A program made the translations under genes and the position numbers. 64,000 nt of DNA from Candidatus Gallipaludibacter merdavium (lineage in GTDB: Bacteria; Bacteroidota; Bacteroidia; Bacteroidales; Paludibacteraceae), in the NCBI GenBank assembly GCA_017694875.1, contig JADIMG010000084.1:2663-66662 (forward strand). Reading direction: 5' to 3'. Under the pieces are notes generated by a model. The model was not told where the DNA came from, ran no database searches, and saw only the letters and a list, made by a program, of their open reading frames with translations. Positions 8,080 through 15,805 of the stretch are shown in pieces. How positions within the stretch are numbered: the first letter of the stretch is position 1; every line of letters starts with the position of its first letter.

Positions 8080-8955
8080 CTACTCTTGATTTATATTAAT
8101 ATTTAGTTGTTCCAATAACTTATTCGCTTTATCAGCTGATAAATTCAAACTCAACATCATTTGTCTAATCGGCATAGGATATTTTCGCAATAAAGATGTA
8201 TTGTTTTTACGCTTCTTTACTTCACACAAGAAAAGTTCCCTTAACTTACCTGAATCTGCTTGTAAAATAACATTGTAACAGAATTTATACATATCATAGC
8301 CATTCACTCCATCCAAAGAAATGCCTAATGATAATACTATATTCTTATATTCATCTGTTCTAAGGCAAGACATTAATGCTCTAGGATCAAAACGTTCATT
8401 ATGATGCGCAGACCTAACATCTTTAAGCACAATATGGCCATTATTCCAACTCATGGCTATAATACCAATTGTTGAATCTATAATATTGCAATACTCTTCT
8501 AATCTATTTTCTGGAACAACAATATAACATTTATCAAAAAAACACTTATAGTTTTCCATTTGTTTATCTAATCTACGAGGAGTATCATACTCGGTTTTTA
8601 TTTCAAACGCTTTACTTTCACCATTAAACATGACCATGTCAGCAATAGAATTTCCAACTTTGAATTCACTATAAAATACCGAGTTTCTTGTACCATACTT
8701 CTTAAGAAGAAGCTTTATCAACTCATTCTTATATACATACTCACATCTATAGTCTTTTGAGATTAAAGAATATGACTTTTTAAGTAAATCAAAATACGTA
8801 ACACATTTCAATGTGTTATATTTTGATACTAACCAATTAAAATGGGAATAATCATTGTAATTCAGAACATCTACAAATGCACTACGCGAAAAAGCAGAAG
8901 ATAAATCTCTCAGTCTAATCAACTCACTATTTATATTTGTAGTTGCCATAAACAA
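8080..8955 (-). CDS. sce7726-family protein, predicted PD-(D/E)xK nuclease fold
   Basis: The D...ExK motif is readable in SIADMVMFNGESKAFEIKTEYD. Size (291 aa) and pairing with a Beta-protein gene fit the sce7725/sce7726 gene pair. It is the first gene of the operon. Confidence 0.6.
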   Translation of the reverse strand: MFMATTNINSELIRLRDLSSAFSRSAFVDVLNYNDYSHFNWLVSKYNTLKCVTYFDLLKKSYSLISKDYRCEYVYKNELIKLLLKKYGTRNSVFYSEFKVGNSIADMVMFNGESKAFEIKTEYDTPRRLDKQMENYKCFFDKCYIVVPENRLEEYCNIIDSTIGIIAMSWNNGHIVLKDVRSAHHNERFDPRALMSCLRTDEYKNIVLSLGISLDGVNGYDMYKFCYNVILQADSGKLRELFLCEVKKRKNNTSLLRKYPMPIRQMMLSLNLSADKANKLLEQLNININQE

Positions 8956-8973
8956 TACCCCCTATTAATATTG

Positions 8974-8981
8974 CAAAAGTA
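8974..8981 (-). promoter_or_regulatory. Bacteroidetes sigma-AB-type -7 box (TACTTTTG on the minus strand) for the five-gene operon
   Basis: The reverse complement of 8974-8981 is tacttttg, which matches TAnnTTTG. It lies about 20 nt upstream of the ATG at 8955. Confidence 0.5.
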
Positions 8982-9077
8982 ATAATATTTTCACACAACA
9001 TAAAATTTAACAATCATTTAGTCTCTCGATTTCTAGTCCACCTTCGCTCTTTCCTATACACTTAAAAAACATTCCCA

Positions 9078-10277
9078 TCATGTACCCCTTTTAACAACTC
9101 CCTCACACAATCCCATTCTTCCCCTAAAAACAATTCCCCTACTCCCATACAACTTATTTATCCACATGGCAAATAGCCTGTCCGTTACAGAGAACACCTT
9201 GTTGATTTCCGTGATAAGGTCTTTTTCAAGTAGCTTTTTGGCAGCCGATTGTACCGAACTGGCAGAAGTGAGGCTATGGCGCCTGATAAATTCCGACGAG
9301 GTAATACGTTCCGCTTCACCATCCTTGGCAATGGCATAAAGCAATTCTTTTTGCTTTTCGGGAATGTTTGAAAGTATTTCACGGAAAATAGTATCGTTCG
9401 ATGCTATCATATTATCTATGGCTGTCTGTATGGTCTCCAGCGTGCATTCATCTCCTTCGGGGGTATCAGCAAAAGATTCATTGAACGTCTTTTGAATGTA
9501 ATAGGTGTGTCCTTGAAAGAGTGCGTAAACCTTTTCCACATCCGATTCAGCTATCGTGCGGTTGCGTTGCTTGAAATGACGGACAACGAAAGGCACATAG
9601 ATTTCTGCGGGTATGGCTTTCAGTTCCAGCATATCGGCACTATGGTAGAACGGGCGGGCAGACGACACAAACATCTCCTGCATCATGTGACGCTCACTGC
9701 CGGCAAAAATAAAATGACTATTATCCAAACGCCGTATATGGGTTCGCAACAATGCCTCAATGTTATTTTCTGGGTATTTGGCAATCTGCTGAAATTCGTC
9801 GATAGCAACAATGCAAGGCTTGTCGGCATGCGCCAAGTATTGGAAAATCTCATCAAGCGTATATTCGGGACGCTCAATATCTCCCAATTCAACATTAAAG
9901 GTTGGAAGTTGGGTAATGGGGTCAAATCCAAATTTCCCGCTAATGGATTTTATGGTCTGAATAAAGAGTGTCGCCATTTTACGGCTACGGGGCAGGAGTG
10001 TTTCGTATATTTCCCGCCCAAGCAAATATGTAAATTCCCGCAGGCTTGACGTATGCAGAATATCTATAAAGAAAGTGTAGTATGCTTTATTGATTTCTGG
10101 TTTGTCATAGCAAAACTGAATCAGACCGGTTTTACCCATACGACGAGGGGAAATAATGACCATATTATTTCCGTTGGTAATCGACTTGATAAGCCGTGCA
10201 GATTCACTTACACGGTCACAAAAATATTCCGGTGCAATCTTTCCGGTTACTACGAATGGATTTATTGTTTTTGCCAT
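9078..10277 (-). CDS. AAA-type ATP-binding protein (Arch_ATPase + DUF234-like)
   Basis: Walker A IISPRRMGKTGL and Walker B CIVAIDEFQ. The N-terminus NPFVVTGKIAPEYFCDR is typical of this Bacteroidales ATPase family. The C-terminus resembles a winged helix. Confidence 0.7.
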   Translation of the reverse strand: MAKTINPFVVTGKIAPEYFCDRVSESARLIKSITNGNNMVIISPRRMGKTGLIQFCYDKPEINKAYYTFFIDILHTSSLREFTYLLGREIYETLLPRSRKMATLFIQTIKSISGKFGFDPITQLPTFNVELGDIERPEYTLDEIFQYLAHADKPCIVAIDEFQQIAKYPENNIEALLRTHIRRLDNSHFIFAGSERHMMQEMFVSSARPFYHSADMLELKAIPAEIYVPFVVRHFKQRNRTIAESDVEKVYALFQGHTYYIQKTFNESFADTPEGDECTLETIQTAIDNMIASNDTIFREILSNIPEKQKELLYAIAKDGEAERITSSEFIRRHSLTSASSVQSAAKKLLEKDLITEINKVFSVTDRLFAMWINKLYGSRGIVFRGRMGLCEGVVKRGT

Positions 10278-10753
10278 GCGAACATCAGTTTATGCAAAGA
10301 TGATTATTTTATTTGAATTATGCAAATCGAATGATTTCAAACAAAACAAAGTTCTTCGTTCAAATCACTTGCATGATATTCCCGTTTGGCAACCCCGCTA
10401 TTGTTGAAAGTATCTGTTTGCCCCTCTCCATCTTATCAGCATCCTCCACCCTTTTCACTACACGTTGCAAACAGAAAAAAGAATTTGCATATCCACCTTG
10501 AATTTTCATATCAAACTCATGTTCTTTTAAAGTCTTATTCCTATATTTGCAAATATTTAAACGCAAAGACATTCTATGAGTATCAACAAGCACCACAATT
10601 GTATACAAAAAAATCATGTAAAAAACAATAACAGAGGGAGTCACAAGCACGCCCATACTCAGGAATAAAGTTTGCAAGAACGTTTTGGTGATAAAAGTAA
10701 GGATATTAACAAACGATAGAAGCAGATTTGGTATATAAAAAGTAATTGAAGCA

Positions 10754-11485
10754 ATGAATAAATATAACAAACAATTAAACAATTGCATACAGACCATTGA
10801 GCGTATTAGTAACATGATTAATTTGCAACACATTTCAAGTGAAGAAATTAGTTATAATGAGCTTTATAATGATCTATATCAATTGATATCGCTTATACCA
10901 CAAGAATATCATATTTTTCGAGATCGACTAAGAGACAATATTTTGCCAAATTTAAAAATACCAGACCAAGTAACAAAAGCCAGAAATGGACAACTATTTG
11001 TTACCCCAAGAAATGGTATCAATCCTTATTCATTTGGTGAGGTTATTGCAACTATTGCATATCTAAAAGGTAATGGTAACAACAACTCCCCATCAATTTG
11101 GGACAATATCCACCCACAAATTAGCATGGTTGCTAAAAGTCGTTATGATAATGGGCATTATGCTGATGCAGTAGAAGCGGCATTCAAGGAAGTAAACACC
11201 CGAGTTAAAAACATATATAAAATTAGAACGTCAATTGAAAAGGATGGTGCCAAATTAATGCAAGCTGCATTTTCAGTTCATAATCCAGTTATTAAGATCG
11301 GAGATCTTTCAACAGAAACTGGTATTAACATTCAACAAGGATATATGGAAATGTTTGCAGGAGCAATGATAGGGATTAGAAATCCTAAAGCACATTGCAA
11401 CCAAACAATCTCAAAAGCAGACGCAACTAGAAAATTACATTTTGCCAGCATGCTAATGTACAAACTAAATGATGAAATTATTTAA
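10754..11485 (+). CDS. HEPN-domain protein of the Ymh/TIGR02391 type
   Basis: C-terminal HEPN Rx4-6H motif in GAMIGIRNPKAHCNQ. The gene is AT-rich and located in the defence-gene neighbourhood. Confidence 0.6.
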   Translation: MNKYNKQLNNCIQTIERISNMINLQHISSEEISYNELYNDLYQLISLIPQEYHIFRDRLRDNILPNLKIPDQVTKARNGQLFVTPRNGINPYSFGEVIATIAYLKGNGNNNSPSIWDNIHPQISMVAKSRYDNGHYADAVEAAFKEVNTRVKNIYKIRTSIEKDGAKLMQAAFSVHNPVIKIGDLSTETGINIQQGYMEMFAGAMIGIRNPKAHCNQTISKADATRKLHFASMLMYKLNDEII

Positions 11486-11536
11486 CCACCTTAATTGAAT
11501 ATCTTCAAAGAAAAAACCACGATTACATCTTTCAAT

Positions 11537-12913
11537 ATGACAGAAAACAACCGCATAGAATTTAAAAGAGAACTGACTAACGAACTTGATATAGAAAAAG
11601 AGATTGTGGCATTCCTTAATTACAAGGAAGGGGGATATATCTACATTGGCATTGACAATGACGGAAGGACCATAGGAGTAAACGACGTGGATGACTGTAT
11701 GCTGAAATTGAAAGAACGTATCAAACACAATATATCTCCTTCTGCAATGGGTCTGTTTGATATTGCAGAGGAACAAAAAGACGGACATAGCATTATCAAG
11801 GTTACAGTAGCAAGCGGTATTGAGAAACCATATTTCAAAACAAGATATGGAATGACGCCACGAGGTGCATATATGCGGATTGGGACATCGGCTGAACCTA
11901 TGCCGCAAGAACAGATTGACCGTCTGTTTGCTATGCGGACACGTAATTCCATTGGTCGAATAGTGTCAAACCGACAGGATTTGAGTTTTGAACAGTTGCG
12001 TATCTATTACGATGAACGAGGAAAAAGGCTCAACGACAATTTCAAACGAACATTGGAATTGCTTACTGAAGATGGGAAATACAATTATGTAGCCTATCTT
12101 CTGGCTGACGAGAACGGAAATTCTATCAAAGTGGCAAAGTATTCAAGTCTAGACCGCTGTGATTTGGTGGAGAACAACGAATACGGATATTGTTCTCTCA
12201 TAAAAGCGACCAAGAGTGTGTTGGCCAAACTGGATATAGAAAACAAAGTTGCCGCCACCATTACATCTATGGAGCGCATTGAAACCCCTTTGTGGAACAA
12301 GGTTGCTTTGCGCGAAGCGGTTATCAATGCGATTGTACATAACGATTACTCCTTTGAAGTGCCACCCAAATTTGAAATATTTCCCGACAGACTGGAGATA
12401 ACTTCAGCAGGACGTTTGCCGGAATCCCTCTCCAAAGAGGAATTTTTCAATGGTATATCAATTCCACGCAACAAGGAGCTGATGAGAATTTATCGCGATT
12501 TGGAACTGGTAGAATCGTTAGGCTCTGGCATCCCTCGTATTCTGAAAGCCTATGGCGAAGAATGCTTCAAATTTACCGACAATTTTATCCGCATTACTTT
12601 TCCTATTACTGCTCATGATACTAACAGTGACCATGCAAGTGACCATGCAAGTGACCATGCAAGTGACCATGCAAGCACACAAGTAAGAAAGCTCATTTCT
12701 ATTCTTGCCGGAGAGAAAGGGCGTTCAGAACTACAAGAATTGTTGTCGATTAAAAATAGAGATTATTTTAGAACTGATTATTTACTCCCTGCAATTAATA
12801 ACGGCTATATAGAGCCAACTGTGCCTGATAAGCCCAATAGTCAAAACCAGAAATATCGCCTTACTGCAAAAGGTTTAGCATTGAAGGAGAGTTTGAAGAA
12901 TAGCAAACAGTGA
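11537..12913 (+). CDS. AlbA_2 (Schlafen-like) DNA-binding domain + HATPase_c_4-like domain + C-terminal wHTH protein (often mislabelled RecG-like)
   Basis: NNRIEFKREL...IVAFLNYKEGGYIYIGIDNDGRTIGV is the AlbA_2 signature. ALREAVINAIVHNDYS is the HATPase_c_4-like signature. The ORF-track start at 11495 is a TTG; the first ATG (MTENNRIEFK) is at 11537. Confidence 0.7.
   Translation: MTENNRIEFKRELTNELDIEKEIVAFLNYKEGGYIYIGIDNDGRTIGVNDVDDCMLKLKERIKHNISPSAMGLFDIAEEQKDGHSIIKVTVASGIEKPYFKTRYGMTPRGAYMRIGTSAEPMPQEQIDRLFAMRTRNSIGRIVSNRQDLSFEQLRIYYDERGKRLNDNFKRTLELLTEDGKYNYVAYLLADENGNSIKVAKYSSLDRCDLVENNEYGYCSLIKATKSVLAKLDIENKVAATITSMERIETPLWNKVALREAVINAIVHNDYSFEVPPKFEIFPDRLEITSAGRLPESLSKEEFFNGISIPRNKELMRIYRDLELVESLGSGIPRILKAYGEECFKFTDNFIRITFPITAHDTNSDHASDHASDHASDHASTQVRKLISILAGEKGRSELQELLSIKNRDYFRTDYLLPAINNGYIEPTVPDKPNSQNQKYRLTAKGLALKESLKNSKQ
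12626..12673 (+). repeat. Perfect 4 x 12-bp tandem repeat (agtgaccatgca) encoding (SDHA)4 in a linker
   Basis: Read directly from the sequence. It is in frame inside the AlbA_2 protein gene. Confidence 0.95.
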
Positions 12914-12930
12914 TTAAACGAGGAAAACAC

Positions 12931-12938
12931 TATCTTTG
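12931..12938 (+). promoter_or_regulatory. -7 promoter box TATCTTTG
   Basis: Matches TAnnTTTG, 22 nt upstream of the ATG at 12960. The ORF-track TTG start at 12936 is part of this box. Confidence 0.5.
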
Positions 12939-12959
12939 CAGCCCAAACGAACATCCGAC

Positions 12960-14315
12960 ATGCAACTGACACTATACAGACAACACTACCGCTCGCTGCT
13001 GCAACTGGGTTTGCCCATTATGGTGGGACAATTGGGTACTATCATCCTGGGATTTGCCGACACACTTATGGTGGGACACTACGGCACAAACGAACTGGCA
13101 GCGGCAAGTTTTGTCAACAACATGTTCAATCTGGTCATCGTGTTTTCCACTGGTTTCTCTTACGGACTCACACCCATTGTCGGACAACTTTACGGACAAA
13201 ACAAACCCATACAAATCGGGCAAACGCTCAAAAACGGACTGGCGGCCAACTCGGTCATTGCTCTGCTGCTCATGCTCATCATGACGGTTCTATACCTGAA
13301 CATCCACCGTCTGAACCAACCCGTTGACCTATTGCCGCTCATGCGCCCTTATTATCTTGTGTTGCTGGCATCGCTCATCTTTGTGCTGCTGTTCAACGCT
13401 TTCAAACAGTTTGCCGAAGGCATCACCGACACGCAAACGCCCATGTGGATTCTCCTGGGCGGCAATCTGGTCAATATCATTGGCAACTGGCTGCTGATTT
13501 TCGGCAAATGGGGTTGCCCTGAACTGGGACTGCTGGGAGCTGGCATCTCAACGCTGCTGTCGAGAATCATCATGGTCATCACCTTCATCATCATTTTTCT
13601 GACGGCCAAACGATACAGAACCTACAAGGAAGGATTCTTGCAGGAAAGACTCAATAAAGACAGTTTTACCCAACTCAACCAACTGGGCTGGCCGGTAGGA
13701 CTGCAAATGGGAATGGAAACGGCTTCTTTCAGCCTTAGCACCATTATGGTGGGCTGGCTGGGAAAAACGGCATTGGCGGCTCATCAGGTGATGCTCACTG
13801 TGGGACTGTTCGGATTTATGCTCTATTACGGAATGGCGGCTGCGGTAGCTGTAAGAATCAGCTATTTCAAGGGACAAAACGACTGGAGAAATATAAAGAA
13901 CACAGCCAGTGCGGGCTTCCACCTTATCCTGCTGCTCGCCATTATGGTATCCGTTCCTTTGTTCCTGCTGCGCCACCAGATAGGCTATCTTTTCTCGTCA
14001 GACACCGATGTGGTTCTTCTGGCGGCACAACTGGTATTGCCTTTCATTCTCTACCAATTGGGCGACGGACTGCAATGCAATTTTTCCAATGCACTAAGAG
14101 GCATTGCCGATGTGAAACCGGTAATGCTCTTTGCCTTTATTGCCTATTTTGTCATTGCCCTGCCCGTGGGCTATCTGTTTGGATTCATATTTGATTGGGG
14201 ACTCACGGGTATTTGGCTCTCCTACCCCTTCGGACTCACCAGTGCGGGACTGATGTTTTATGCACGCTTCAAGTCAAAAACGAAAAATGCCCTGACACGT
14301 GCCAAAGCACAATGA
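12960..14315 (+). CDS. MATE family multidrug efflux transporter
   Basis: About 12 predicted TM helices. The N-terminus YRSLLQLGLPIMVGQLGTIILGFADTLMVGHYGTNELAA is typical of the NorM/MATE family. Confidence 0.8.
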   Translation: MQLTLYRQHYRSLLQLGLPIMVGQLGTIILGFADTLMVGHYGTNELAAASFVNNMFNLVIVFSTGFSYGLTPIVGQLYGQNKPIQIGQTLKNGLAANSVIALLLMLIMTVLYLNIHRLNQPVDLLPLMRPYYLVLLASLIFVLLFNAFKQFAEGITDTQTPMWILLGGNLVNIIGNWLLIFGKWGCPELGLLGAGISTLLSRIIMVITFIIIFLTAKRYRTYKEGFLQERLNKDSFTQLNQLGWPVGLQMGMETASFSLSTIMVGWLGKTALAAHQVMLTVGLFGFMLYYGMAAAVAVRISYFKGQNDWRNIKNTASAGFHLILLLAIMVSVPLFLLRHQIGYLFSSDTDVVLLAAQLVLPFILYQLGDGLQCNFSNALRGIADVKPVMLFAFIAYFVIALPVGYLFGFIFDWGLTGIWLSYPFGLTSAGLMFYARFKSKTKNALTRAKAQ

Positions 14316-14341
14316 CAGGGCATACAAAACAACGAACTAAT

Positions 14342-15637
14342 CTAAACAGTATATCTTTTTCTAACACTTTCTTCAATTATCCGTACACAACCATCCACTC
14401 CAAACTTTCCACTGTCCAAACTCAGGTCGTAGTTCGAAGCATCGTTCCATACGCCACCCGTATAGGTCTTGTAATGGTTGGCACGACCATGGTCCACCCG
14501 ACTCAAATCTTCTATGGCCTGCTCACGGCTCTCATGATATTCCGTAATGACCCGCTCCAACTTGCTGTCATAATCAGCGTGAACAAAAACCTTAAAGCAA
14601 TTAGGATAATCACGCAAAACATAATCGGCACAACGGCCTATGATGACACAAGAGCCTTGGGCTGCCAGCTTGCGGACAATCCGGCTCTGCACCACAAACA
14701 AGGCATCATCACGCGACAAACTCTTTTCCAAGGGTGCGGTAAAGTCCTGCATCACCATCTCATACAACAAGGAACTTGGAATATTCTGCTCGCGCGATGC
14801 CACATAATCCACATCCACCCCAGCATCCTTGGCTGCCATATCAATCAATTCCTTGTCGTAAAAAGGTATATGGAAACGCTCAGCCAAACGCTTGCCTATT
14901 TCACGTCCTCCACTACCAAATTCACGGGCAATTGTTACCACAAACGCATTCCCGGCAACTGCTATTGGCTTATCCTCCACAACCTGAGAAGAGGAGTCCA
15001 CCAAATAACGGTTTATAAAAGACAGTTTCTTATTAAAGAAACGGGCAAACAATCCAACCACAAGAGCAGCAACGATGGTCCCTTCACGCACACCTAAAAT
15101 CTTTCCAGAAATAATCAAGGAAGATATTACGGCCAATATCATCAAGGAACAATCGAAACAAATCTTGACAATGCCGAACTCTTTCTTGTACTTTACACAA
15201 ACAGCCTGAACAAAGGCTTCGCCTGCCAGCATCAACACATTGGCAATCACTTCCAAACTAACGCCCAAACCCAATATGCCACAACCTATAAGCAACACCA
15301 CCAGTTTCATCACATAGCTTTCGGGAGTTATCCATGACAACATCCACATGGAAAAATCTATAAATGCACCAAACAATATTGATATGGGCAATTGCAGCCA
15401 CTCTCGTTGCTTAAAGTCCTTACCCAGCACTATTTTCTGACCTACAATCATAAAAAAGTTCAAGATGAAGGTAAAGGTTCCCAACGACATAGGGTAACGA
15501 AGACTGAAAGTATAAGGCAAGCTGGATATGGGCGATGAACCCAAATCGGCCTTAATGATGAAACATATACCCAACGAATTGATAAACAAGCCTAAAACAA
15601 ACAACAGATAACGTTTGGACAACTCCTTTATAGCCAT
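14342..15637 (-). CDS. Fusion protein: YczE/YitT-like integral membrane domain + cytidylate-kinase-like (Cytidylate_kin2) domain
   Basis: The N-terminal ~200 aa are multi-TM (LFVLGLFINSLGICFIIKADLGSSPISSLPYT). The C-terminal half has the motif VVTIAREFGSGGREIGKRLAERFHIPFYDKELI. Confidence 0.65.
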   Translation of the reverse strand: MAIKELSKRYLLFVLGLFINSLGICFIIKADLGSSPISSLPYTFSLRYPMSLGTFTFILNFFMIVGQKIVLGKDFKQREWLQLPISILFGAFIDFSMWMLSWITPESYVMKLVVLLIGCGILGLGVSLEVIANVLMLAGEAFVQAVCVKYKKEFGIVKICFDCSLMILAVISSLIISGKILGVREGTIVAALVVGLFARFFNKKLSFINRYLVDSSSQVVEDKPIAVAGNAFVVTIAREFGSGGREIGKRLAERFHIPFYDKELIDMAAKDAGVDVDYVASREQNIPSSLLYEMVMQDFTAPLEKSLSRDDALFVVQSRIVRKLAAQGSCVIIGRCADYVLRDYPNCFKVFVHADYDSKLERVITEYHESREQAIEDLSRVDHGRANHYKTYTGGVWNDASNYDLSLDSGKFGVDGCVRIIEESVRKRYTV

Positions 15638-15793
15638 ATAATCATATTTCTAAAAAACGGCGCAAAGGTACTCCTTCACAACGACCTTTATTTGTCTGTA
15701 GAATTCATTCTATATTGTCTGAAAAAGTCAAAAAGCAGAAAATTCATGCTTTTGTTTCCCTTCAAAACAAGGTATTTTCGATGAAAAATCACC

Positions 15794-15801
15794 TATCTTT
15801 G
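15794..15801 (+). promoter_or_regulatory. -7 promoter box TATCTTTG
   Basis: Matches TAnnTTTG, ending 5 nt before the ATG at 15806. Confidence 0.45.
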
Positions 15802-15805
15802 CACC

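Noticed and set aside
10360-10833. 157-aa minus-strand ORF in the ATPase/HEPN intergenic region
   Set aside because: It overlaps the HEPN gene start by 80 nt, has low-complexity hydrophobic composition typical of AT-rich DNA, and shows no recognisable motif or promoter box. I kept it only as a low-interest note.
3775-12913. Calling the low-GC block an integrative mobile element or prophage remnant
   Set aside because: No integrase, transposase, tRNA target or flanking direct repeats could be identified in the window. Only the compositional anomaly is supported.
12936-12959. TTG starts proposed by the ORF track at 12936 and 17236 (and TTG starts at 11495 and 22199)
   Set aside because: At 12936 and 17236 the TTG is the last three bases of the TAnnTTTG -7 promoter box, so it cannot be translated from that promoter. 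ATG codons a few codons downstream give canonical N-termini or signal peptides.
14195-15097. 300-aa plus-strand ORF antisense to the membrane/cytidylate-kinase-like gene
   Set aside because: It is a shadow ORF. Its product is low complexity (T/H/Q/I-rich) with no motifs, whereas the opposite strand encodes a protein with clear TM and P-loop-like features.
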